From Alphaproteobacteria bacterium (lineage in GTDB: Bacteria; Pseudomonadota; Alphaproteobacteria; Bin95): a DNA stretch of 64,000 nucleotides. Shown here one piece after another: positions 20,289 to 28,178 of this stretch. Position numbers and translations under genes: made by a program. Location of the stretch: the NCBI GenBank assembly GCA_963665325.3, contig OZ224045.1, positions 1,440,001 to 1,504,000 on the forward strand, written 5' to 3'. The notes under the pieces were generated by a model, which saw only the letters and a list, made by a program, of their open reading frames with translations, made no database searches and was not told where the DNA came from. How positions within the stretch are numbered: position 1 is the stretch's first letter; every line of letters starts with the position of its first letter.

Positions 20289-21544
20289 ACGCTGCCGCCA
20301 ATACGGCCGACATCATGCCGGCCTGGCCGGAGGGCGGCGTCTCCCGCGTGCCCTACCGGCTCTTCTCGGACAACGATGTCTATGCGCTGGAGCAGGAGCG
20401 GCTGTTCCGGGGGCCGGTCTGGAACTATCTCTGCCTAGAGCTGGAGGTGGCGGAACCCGGTGATTTCCGCACCGCCTTCATCGGCGAGACGCCCGTCGTC
20501 GTCGCGCGGGACGGGAACGGCGAACTGCGCGGCATGGTCAATCGCTGCGCGCACAAGGGCGCGCTAGTCTGCCTCGCCGAGCGGGGAAATCGCAAGCACT
20601 TCTCCTGCATCTACCACTCCTGGACCTACCATCTCGACGGGCGGCTTCGCGGCGTGGCCTTTCGCGGCGGCCTGAAGGGCAAGGGCGGCATGCCCGAGGA
20701 TTTCGATCCCGCCCGCCACCGCATGCAGCCGATCCGCGTCGAGGTGTTCTGCGGGCTCGTCTTCGGTACCTTCGAGCCGGACATGCCGCCGGTGGAGGAG
20801 TGGGTCGGGCCGACCATGGCGCACTTCCTCAAGCGCAATCTCGGCTCGCGTCCGCTGAAGGTGCTGGGCACCCACAGCCAGATCATCCACAACAACTGGA
20901 AGCTCTACGCGGAGAATGTGCGCGATTCCTACCACGCCACCCTGCTGCACACCTTCTACACCACCTTCAAGGTGAACCGGCTCGACATGGACGGCGGCAT
21001 CCTGCTCTCGGAGGGCACGCCCTGGCACCATATCAGCTACGCCAAGCGCGCAACCCTCGAGGAGGCGGCGGAATACAAGGACGCCAACGTTCATTCGGCC
21101 AGCTACGATTCGAAGCTCAACGGCCCCGCGCTTCTGAAGACCGAGGATGAGTTCGACGACGGTATCACCCACTCGGTGCAGTCGATCTTCCCGACGCTGG
21201 CGGTGCATTTCACGCTGAACTCGCTCTGCGTGCGTAATTTCGTGCCGCGCGGGCTGGAGGAGACCGAGCTCGTCTGGACTTATCTGGGCTATGCGGACGA
21301 CAGCGAGGAGATGACGGCCATGCGCGTGCTGCAGGCAAACCTGACCGGCGCGGCCGGGCTGGTCTCGCTGGAGGACGGCTGCATCAACGAGTTCGTTCAG
21401 CGCGGCACCAGGGGCAGTGGGGACGCCGCGGCCGTGCTGGAGATGGGCGGACGCGGGCTCGAGTCCAGCGAAAGCTCGCGCGCGACCGAAGTCTCGATCC
21501 GGGGCTTCTGGAGCGGCTATCGCGGCCTGATGGGCTACGCATGA
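20285..21544 (+). CDS. Rieske aromatic ring-hydroxylating dioxygenase alpha subunit (TphA2/NagG/AndAc group)
   Basis: Rieske CAH...CIYH; mononuclear-Fe ENVRDSYH..LLH and LEDG; WNYLCLE, TYLGYADD, IRGFW. Confidence 0.9.
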   Translation: MNAAANTADIMPAWPEGGVSRVPYRLFSDNDVYALEQERLFRGPVWNYLCLELEVAEPGDFRTAFIGETPVVVARDGNGELRGMVNRCAHKGALVCLAERGNRKHFSCIYHSWTYHLDGRLRGVAFRGGLKGKGGMPEDFDPARHRMQPIRVEVFCGLVFGTFEPDMPPVEEWVGPTMAHFLKRNLGSRPLKVLGTHSQIIHNNWKLYAENVRDSYHATLLHTFYTTFKVNRLDMDGGILLSEGTPWHHISYAKRATLEEAAEYKDANVHSASYDSKLNGPALLKTEDEFDDGITHSVQSIFPTLAVHFTLNSLCVRNFVPRGLEETELVWTYLGYADDSEEMTAMRVLQANLTGAAGLVSLEDGCINEFVQRGTRGSGDAAAVLEMGGRGLESSESSRATEVSIRGFWSGYRGLMGYA

Positions 21545-22014
21545 TTGACTCGGAGACGCGCCAGCGGACCGAAGACTTCCTGCTCGACTGCGCCTGGACC
21601 ATCGACGAGGACGATCTGGAGGCGTGGCCGGGCTTCTTCGCCAAGGACGGCCGCTACCGCATAACAACCCGCGACAACGAGGAGCGCGGCCTGCCGGTCG
21701 GCATCATGCTCTGTGAGGGGCGCGGCATGTTGGAGGACCGGGTGCTGGCGCTGCGCACCGCCAATATCTTCGAGCCGCACCGCTACCGGCACATTCTGGG
21801 CCGGCCCCGCCTTCGCGAGAGCGAGGACGGGCTCATCCGCTCCGACAGCAGCTTCATCGTGATGCGCACCATGCAGGATGGCCGCATGGACCTGTTCGCC
21901 GCCGGCAATTACCGCGACCTGCTGCGCGTCGAGGACGGCCGGGTGATGTTCCAGGAGCGCGCGGCGGTGCTGGAGTCGCGGCGCGTCGATGTGCTGATCG
22001 TCATCCCGATATGA
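21541..22014 (+). CDS. Ring-hydroxylating dioxygenase beta subunit
   Basis: LEAWPGFF, MLEDRV.ALR..NIFEPH.YRH, C-terminal VIPI; coupled to the alpha subunit. Confidence 0.9.
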   Translation: MIDSETRQRTEDFLLDCAWTIDEDDLEAWPGFFAKDGRYRITTRDNEERGLPVGIMLCEGRGMLEDRVLALRTANIFEPHRYRHILGRPRLRESEDGLIRSDSSFIVMRTMQDGRMDLFAAGNYRDLLRVEDGRVMFQERAAVLESRRVDVLIVIPI

Positions 22015-23060
22015 CGCGGGCGGGAACGGGAGCCTCGACAATGCGGCCTTTGACCGACTCTACCGGCATTCAGGACGACGGGGCGAAGCTCCGCGAGCGG
22101 GCGGCGGCGGACGGCTATGTTCTCGTCCGGGGGCTCCTTCCGCGTTCGCTGCTGGAGGAGGTGGCCGAGGAAATCGCCGAGCCCATGGCCGAGGCCGACT
22201 GGATCGCTCCGGGCGAGCCTTTGGCGGACGCCAGGGCGGACCTTTCCAAATTCTGCGTGGAGCCGCAGCCGCCTTTCATGGAGGTGTTCTACAGGCAGTT
22301 GTCGCTGCGCTCGCTGCACGCGCTCAAGCTGCACGGGAACCTGCTCGGCTTCTTCGGCAAATTGTTCGGCGAGGAGGCATTCTGCCCGCCGCATTTCGTG
22401 ATGCGGCTCGCCTTCCCCGGCAAGGACAAATACGCAACGCCGGCGCATCAGGACTACACGCATTTCGAAGGCAGCCGGCGCAATTGGGCCGCCTGGATTC
22501 CCTTCACCGACATCGACGCGGAGCGCGGCGGCCTTGCCGTCGCCGCCGGCTCGCACAAGGGCGGCGTGCTAGACATGCGCCCGGCGCTCGGCGCGGGGCA
22601 GATGGTCATCGACGCGGACCTCGACGCATACGACTGGCGCTGGAGCCCGATGCAGGTTGGCGACGTGCTCATCCACAATTGCCAGACGATCCACAAGGGT
22701 CTGCCGAATGCATCGGGCGCCATGCGGGTTTCCATGGACTGCCGCTACCAGCCGCTTTCGGAGCCGGTCGGCGAGAAATATCTCGGCGTCTCGCACCAGA
22801 TGCGGACCTGGGAAGACCTCTATGCCGGCTGGGAGGAGGATGACCCGCTGAAATATTACTGGCGGGACCTGCCCCTCACCGTCCAGCCCTTCGAATATCG
22901 CTGGTACGACCGGCGGGACGAACGCGCCATCGAGATGGGCGAGGCCGGAGACCCGGAAGCCCTCCTTGCGCTGGAGAACATATCGCTGAAGCACCGGTCG
23001 GCAGCCGTCAGGCAGAGGGCGGACGCTGCTCTGTCCCGGTTGCGGACGGCGTTGGGGTGA
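22011..23060 (+). CDS. Phytanoyl-CoA dioxygenase (PhyH) family protein
   Basis: DGYV, TPAHQD, WIP, GSHK, GDVL, TIHKG, RVSMDCRY. Confidence 0.85.
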   Translation: MTRAGTGASTMRPLTDSTGIQDDGAKLRERAAADGYVLVRGLLPRSLLEEVAEEIAEPMAEADWIAPGEPLADARADLSKFCVEPQPPFMEVFYRQLSLRSLHALKLHGNLLGFFGKLFGEEAFCPPHFVMRLAFPGKDKYATPAHQDYTHFEGSRRNWAAWIPFTDIDAERGGLAVAAGSHKGGVLDMRPALGAGQMVIDADLDAYDWRWSPMQVGDVLIHNCQTIHKGLPNASGAMRVSMDCRYQPLSEPVGEKYLGVSHQMRTWEDLYAGWEEDDPLKYYWRDLPLTVQPFEYRWYDRRDERAIEMGEAGDPEALLALENISLKHRSAAVRQRADAALSRLRTALG

Positions 23061-23094
23061 GTCCGCAAGAACGGTTTTTTCGGAACCCGGTCCG

Positions 23095-23820
23095 TTATTC
23101 CTCCGCCGCCATCACGGCTTCTGCCCTGTCGGGGTAGATGATGCGCTCGGCGAAGCGGTGCATGAGGTCGATCTCGTCCTGGCTCCGATATTCAATCCGG
23201 CTGCCCTTAATCGCGGCGAGATGCTCGGCGATGATGTTGCGCTTCACCTCGGCGGCGAAGGAGGTCAGGCGGTGGTAGGCCTCCGAGATCGTCCGGCCGA
23301 GCGTCGTCACGCCGTGCCCGATCAACACCACGCAATTGGTATCGGCGATGAAGTCCTTGACGGGTCCGACATCGGTTTCGACGTCGATATCGGCGGGGAG
23401 ATAGTAGGGCGGCTTGCCGTGGATGAACGGCATGTCGAGCGAGATTATCCGGACTTCGCTGAAGGCGCCCGAGCCGAAAAACGCGATGGTCTCGTCGTGA
23501 TGAACATGGATGACCGCGTCGATATCGGGCCTGAGCCTGAGGATCTCGCGGTTGAGGTTATGGCCGACGCTCGTCATCGCCTCGCCATGCAGCAGCCGGC
23601 TGGTCGGAATGTCGGTGATGACGATGTTGTCGACGGTCATTTCCTCAAGCGAAATCTCCGCATGCTTGGTATAGGCCACGCCGTGCTCGAAATCCGGATG
23701 CGGCTTGCGCATCACCATGTTTCCCAGCGTGTTGTGAACGTAGCCCCGCCTCGCGACCATGTGGGCGTAACGGATGAAGGCGGCGCCGAACTCGGCATCG
23801 AATTCAACTTCGTTGACCAT
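23095..23820 (-). CDS. Class II aldolase/adducin family protein
   Basis: GN, LRPDIDAVIHVH, LIGHGV (Zn-binding histidines). Confidence 0.8.
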   Translation of the reverse strand: MVNEVEFDAEFGAAFIRYAHMVARRGYVHNTLGNMVMRKPHPDFEHGVAYTKHAEISLEEMTVDNIVITDIPTSRLLHGEAMTSVGHNLNREILRLRPDIDAVIHVHHDETIAFFGSGAFSEVRIISLDMPFIHGKPPYYLPADIDVETDVGPVKDFIADTNCVVLIGHGVTTLGRTISEAYHRLTSFAAEVKRNIIAEHLAAIKGSRIEYRSQDEIDLMHRFAERIIYPDRAEAVMAAEE

Positions 23821-23936
23821 CCAGCCTCTCCTCCTTGCTACGGCCCAATATCTCATAAATTTCAATGGATTGGGAGAGGTCGCCGTTCTCCTTCGCCGCG
23901 GTTGGCCTGCTGTCGAATTCGAGTCTTTGGCTTGCG

Positions 23937-24263
23937 TTACCGGGCTATGCCGAGAAATACGATGGCTGCACGACCGATCCGTTGCATGTCGGCATTCCCA
24001 AGCATACCGATTCGGCGATGAAGGCGGTCACGGCGAACAGTCGTGATCTTGTCGATCATCGCGTGGCAGCGCTCATTCAGTCCATTTTCCGGAGAAGGCA
24101 AGAGAGGGATTCGGAACAGCGGCGCAGAGGTACTGTCGGTAGTCAGGCCGCAGACCGTAACCGACGGGGTTCGGTCGAAACGGTTGTCCTGGAGGATTAC
24201 GACGGGCCGGGGTCTTCCGGCGTAGTCGCCGCCGGCTGCTATCCAGACTTCGCCACGGTTCAC
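23937..24263 (-). CDS. PemK/MazF family type II toxin
   Basis: RGEVW..GDYAGRPRPVVILQ, TVCGLTT, MIDKITTV. Confidence 0.9.
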   Translation of the reverse strand: MNRGEVWIAAGGDYAGRPRPVVILQDNRFDRTPSVTVCGLTTDSTSAPLFRIPLLPSPENGLNERCHAMIDKITTVRRDRLHRRIGMLGNADMQRIGRAAIVFLGIAR

Positions 24264-24478
24264 TCTTCGTTGAATTCCGAAATCGAGTCGATGAAGGCCT
24301 GGTCGTCATCGGCATGAGCACTGGCCGCGATGGCCAGGGACTGCCTCCGGGCTTCCTCGGCAAAACCCGGCGCCCGCGTGTCCGCGACCCAAATCTGAAC
24401 AGGCCGCAAGCCTTGCTGGCGGAGCCGGGCGCGATGCCGGCGGACCTTTTCCACAGCGCCGTCCTGAGCAGACGACAT
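24260..24478 (-). CDS. MazE-like (DUF3018-type) antitoxin
   Basis: KVRRHRARLRQQGLRPVQIWVADTRAPGFAEEARRQS; 4-bp overlap with the toxin gene. Confidence 0.88.
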   Translation of the reverse strand: MSSAQDGAVEKVRRHRARLRQQGLRPVQIWVADTRAPGFAEEARRQSLAIAASAHADDDQAFIDSISEFNEE

Positions 24479-24495
24479 GGCACATGTCCTTATAG

Positions 24496-24509
24496 GGTTA
24501 CATGAAACC
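24496..24509. promoter_or_regulatory. Imperfect palindrome upstream of the antitoxin (candidate TA operator)
   Basis: GGTTACATGAAACC near-palindrome about 20 bp upstream of the start codon. Confidence 0.4.
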
Positions 24510-24546
24510 TAACGCAGAGGAGGCCTCCGGGCAAGAGCCGCACACT

Positions 24547-25590
24547 TCACGCCGGGCGGATCGTCCAGACCAGCGTATCGCCTTCCATCTCGGCGTCGAC
24601 CGCCATGAACCGGCGGTGCGAGGCGACGGCGCCCCGCCAGAGTTCGATCCAGCAGGCCAGCAGGGCTTCGCGCTCCGGGCCGGGGAGCCCGCGCACGATC
24701 CTGAGCCCCGTCTGGCGGAGGGCTACAGAGTCTCCTCCTGCGGCCTCTGTTTCGACCCCGTCGCCCATGCCTCGGAACATGGCGGCGAGGAATTCTGCGG
24801 CCTCTTTCGGCCCACTGTCCACGCCGCCTACGGCCTCGGCCATCCGGCGGTAATGCTGCAGGCCCGTCAGCCGCGCGGCGCGCTTGCCGTGCGCCAGCGC
24901 CTTCTCCACGCCGACCGTCTCGACCAGTTCGCCGATGCCGGTGCGGATGAATTCGGCCGCATAGTTCCGGTTGGCCCTGGCCAGGCGTCCCTCGCTCCAG
25001 TCGGCCTCGGGCGCGGCGGGCTGCCGGTCGGGATCGAAGGGCGGTGGGCGCTCGTCGGGCGCAAAGACCAGGCGCTCGTTGTCGCTGAGGTCGCGGTCGT
25101 ACTCCCTGAAATATCCGCAGAAGCCGAACTGGCCGGTCATATCCTCTGAGACGCACACGAAGCCGAGCCTGGGATTGTTCAGCGACACGCCGTTCTGCGC
25201 ATACCAGCCGCGCAGGAAACCCCGGCCCGCCTCGACCGGCATGCCGCAGATCGCCGGCCCGTCGAACATCCAGCGCGGATAGCGGAAGCGGACCCAGGCC
25301 TTGCGGTCGGACTCCTCCATATACTCGACGGGGACGCCGCCTATGACATTCGAGAGCGTGTGATACCGGGCGCAGGCCACCGCATCGGGCAGGCCTTCCA
25401 GTCCCAGCTTCGCGAAGCTCGACAGGAATTTCTCCTCATGCAGCCGACGGAAGAGCCGGAACATCCAGTCTCCGACGACCTCCGGCCGTTCGTGCGCAGC
25501 CACCATGAGTTCGAGACCCAGCAGATATTGGTGGTGAAGCTCCGCCTGGGCGGATATGGCGGCGGCTTCGGTAGTTTCGGCAGGGGTCAT
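24547..25590 (-). CDS. Hypothetical protein
   Basis: 347-aa ORF with natural composition, AAGGA RBS and translational coupling to the ligase-like gene; family not recognised. Confidence 0.75.
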   Translation of the reverse strand: MTPAETTEAAAISAQAELHHQYLLGLELMVAAHERPEVVGDWMFRLFRRLHEEKFLSSFAKLGLEGLPDAVACARYHTLSNVIGGVPVEYMEESDRKAWVRFRYPRWMFDGPAICGMPVEAGRGFLRGWYAQNGVSLNNPRLGFVCVSEDMTGQFGFCGYFREYDRDLSDNERLVFAPDERPPPFDPDRQPAAPEADWSEGRLARANRNYAAEFIRTGIGELVETVGVEKALAHGKRAARLTGLQHYRRMAEAVGGVDSGPKEAAEFLAAMFRGMGDGVETEAAGGDSVALRQTGLRIVRGLPGPEREALLACWIELWRGAVASHRRFMAVDAEMEGDTLVWTIRPA

Positions 25591-27146
25591 TCGGCGTTCC
25601 TTCGTTCAAGCAAGCTCGGTTCGTCTGCCATCAACCGTTGAAGGCTGTCTGCGGCATCCGGCGCTAGGTCCCAAAGAATCCGGACGACCTCCGGGCGTTC
25701 GAGCGCGAGGCCCGCCTTGCGGCGCGGCGCGGGGCGGACCTCGTCGAACGAAACTTCCAGCACCAGCGCCGGCTCGACGGTGCGGACGGGGCCGTAGCGT
25801 CCGGCGGTGTGCGCGCGAATCCAGCGGCCCAGCCGCTCGCGTTCCTCGCCTGAGAGGCGGCAGGGCGCGTCCCCGACCGCCACCGGCGCACTGTCCCGGA
25901 GGAGGGCGACGCTGTAGCTCGGGCCGGCTTCCCCGACTCCTGCGGGCCGAACGGCGAGCAGCAGGGCGCGGACCGTTCGCGGCGCGGCCTTCCGGAGGAG
26001 CCAGGGCGGGCCGTCCGGGCGGTAAGGGGCGTCGGCGCGTTTCAAAATCACGGAGACGCTGGCATCGAGTTCCACCCGCCCTTCGAGCGCAAGCAGCGGC
26101 GACAGGTCGAAGCGGGGCCGGCCGGCGACCCGCGCCTCAAGCCGCGTCCGCCGCTCATGGAACGGCATGGCGCGGTTGTCCTCGCCGCCGTCGAACAGCA
26201 TGTCGAACAGGCGCACGAAGGCTGGGACCTCCGCCGGCAGCCGGCGCGGGACGGTCTTGCGTCCGAGCCGCCTTTCCAACGCTTCCGGCGGCGCTAGCCG
26301 GTAGGGCGGGCCGTCCGGGCCGCGGGCTGTCATCAGCACACCGTCGAAGACACCGTCCAGCCCCTCCATGGCCGCGACGATATCCGGGAAGAGGAAGGAA
26401 ATATCGTCACCCGAGCCGCTGTAGAGCCGATGCCGGTCTGCTTCCGCAACAAGCTGCACCCGCAGGCCCGGCCATTGCCGCTCGGCCCGGTATTGCGGGA
26501 GGTCGATGCCGGCGGCGTCCGCCTCCTGAAGCGGGCGGACGGGCATGAGCGGGCGAAAGCCGGCGACGACCTCGGGACGCGGCGCGCGGCCCTCCAACCA
26601 GGCGAAGAGCGGCCCGTAGGGCGGGACCTGCCCGTGCCATACTTCTTCGACGGCGCCGAGATCGGCCTTGAACGCGGCGGCGAGCGCCGTTCTCGCGAGC
26701 CGGGGTGTGACGCCGGGAGGCTGCCGCCCTGCGGCAAGCTGCGCCAGCGCCAGGCGAACCGGCGCCTCGGAGCGGTCGAACCAGCCGGCAAGCAGGCGTG
26801 GCGCCGCCGGGCGGGAGCTTCCGGAAAGCGCCGGCACGGCTTCGGCGAGCGCGGGCGGGCAGGGCGCGGCCCCGCTGTCCGGCCATATGAGCGCCGCCGT
26901 TTCGACCGGATCGCCGACGAATTCGAGCGAGAGCCGCAGCAGTTCGCCATCGACGCGCTCCGCCGCGAGCGCGCTGAGGGCCGCCGGCCGGATGCGGGCG
27001 GCGTCGAGGCCGCCGGCCAGCACGGCAAGCGCCCAGCCCCGGTCCGGGTCTGGCGCCCGCTCCAGATAGTCGGCCATGAGACGGATGCGGACTGCGGGCG
27101 AGGACGCGAAGGAAAGTCCGTCCAGCAGCGCGGCGAAGTCTTTCAT
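25587..27146 (-). CDS. ATP-dependent DNA ligase homolog of the ligase-associated DNA damage response cluster, catalytic motifs degenerate
   Basis: PDPDRGWALA, EEVWHG..PPY..LFAWLEGR and YGPVRTVEP.LVLEVSFD are family hallmarks; motif I reads ERQWPGLRVQ instead of EWKWDGIRVQ. Confidence 0.85.
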   Translation of the reverse strand: MKDFAALLDGLSFASSPAVRIRLMADYLERAPDPDRGWALAVLAGGLDAARIRPAALSALAAERVDGELLRLSLEFVGDPVETAALIWPDSGAAPCPPALAEAVPALSGSSRPAAPRLLAGWFDRSEAPVRLALAQLAAGRQPPGVTPRLARTALAAAFKADLGAVEEVWHGQVPPYGPLFAWLEGRAPRPEVVAGFRPLMPVRPLQEADAAGIDLPQYRAERQWPGLRVQLVAEADRHRLYSGSGDDISFLFPDIVAAMEGLDGVFDGVLMTARGPDGPPYRLAPPEALERRLGRKTVPRRLPAEVPAFVRLFDMLFDGGEDNRAMPFHERRTRLEARVAGRPRFDLSPLLALEGRVELDASVSVILKRADAPYRPDGPPWLLRKAAPRTVRALLLAVRPAGVGEAGPSYSVALLRDSAPVAVGDAPCRLSGEERERLGRWIRAHTAGRYGPVRTVEPALVLEVSFDEVRPAPRRKAGLALERPEVVRILWDLAPDAADSLQRLMADEPSLLERRNAE

Positions 27147-28132
27147 CCGCCGTTCCCCTCCGGCGGTTCCAGCGGCCGGGCGTCGAGGCCTCGGCCCTGC
27201 GCCCAGCGGATCAGGGCGCCGGGTGCCCCATGCGTCACACGGATATCGGATGCTCCTGTCTCGCCAATTGTAGCCGTGAGCCCGGTCCAGTCGGCATGAT
27301 CGGAGATGGCGAGCGGCAGTTCGACGCCCCGCCGGCGGGCACGGGCGCGAATCTGCATCCATCCCGACGCGAACACCCTCACCGGTTCGGCAAAACGGTC
27401 TGTCCGCTGCTCCGGCCCGGGAGGTTGAAGCACGATTTCGCCCGCTAGGCCCCGGGCATTTCCTAACGGGCGCGTCTCTCCGAGGTCCACGCCGAATTGG
27501 CGGTAGAGTGCGCTCATCCGCTCCAGGGTGTCGTGCAGCCAGACCGGGCGGTCGTAGCCGGCGCGCCGCAGCAGGCCCAGTATGCGCTGGCACTTGCCGA
27601 GGCTATAGACCCCGATGACATGGGAGCGGTCCGGGAAGGTCTCGACCGAGCGCAGCAGGCGGGCGGTCTCTTCCATGTCGTCCGGCAGGCAGAAGACCGG
27701 CAGGCCGAAGGTCGCCTCGGTGATGAAGACATCGGAGCGAACCGGCTCGAACGCGGCGCAGGTCGGGTCCAGCGTTCGCTTGTAGTCGCCCGAGACGGTA
27801 ACCCGCCGTCCACGATATTCGAGCACGGCCTGGGCCGAGCCCAGCACATGGCCCGCCGGCGCAAGCCGGACGGAGACGCTCCCGGCCTGCACAGTCTCGC
27901 CGTAGCGGAGCGGCTGCTGGGCCGGGCGGTCGCGAGGGTAGCGCAGCGCCATGATCGCGAGCGTCTCCGGCGTCGCCAGCACCGCGCCGTGTCCGGGACG
28001 CGCATGGTCGGCATGGCCGTGGGTGACGAGTGCGCGCGGGACGGCCCGCTGCGGGTCGATATGGAACCCGCCCGGCTCGCACCAGAGGCCCGCCGGCGTT
28101 GGCCGCAACCAGTCTTCGAGCGCATCCGCCAT
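27143..28132 (-). CDS. Ligase-associated DNA damage response exonuclease (MBL/beta-CASP)
   Basis: GGFHIDP, THGHADH, AGHVLGSAQ, SGDYKR, TEATFGLP, ASGWM, SDHADW. Confidence 0.92.
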   Translation of the reverse strand: MADALEDWLRPTPAGLWCEPGGFHIDPQRAVPRALVTHGHADHARPGHGAVLATPETLAIMALRYPRDRPAQQPLRYGETVQAGSVSVRLAPAGHVLGSAQAVLEYRGRRVTVSGDYKRTLDPTCAAFEPVRSDVFITEATFGLPVFCLPDDMEETARLLRSVETFPDRSHVIGVYSLGKCQRILGLLRRAGYDRPVWLHDTLERMSALYRQFGVDLGETRPLGNARGLAGEIVLQPPGPEQRTDRFAEPVRVFASGWMQIRARARRRGVELPLAISDHADWTGLTATIGETGASDIRVTHGAPGALIRWAQGRGLDARPLEPPEGNGG

Positions 28133-28178
28133 CGCGCTACTATGGCCCCCTCGGGCCGGGGGAAGGAAGCGCAGCGGC

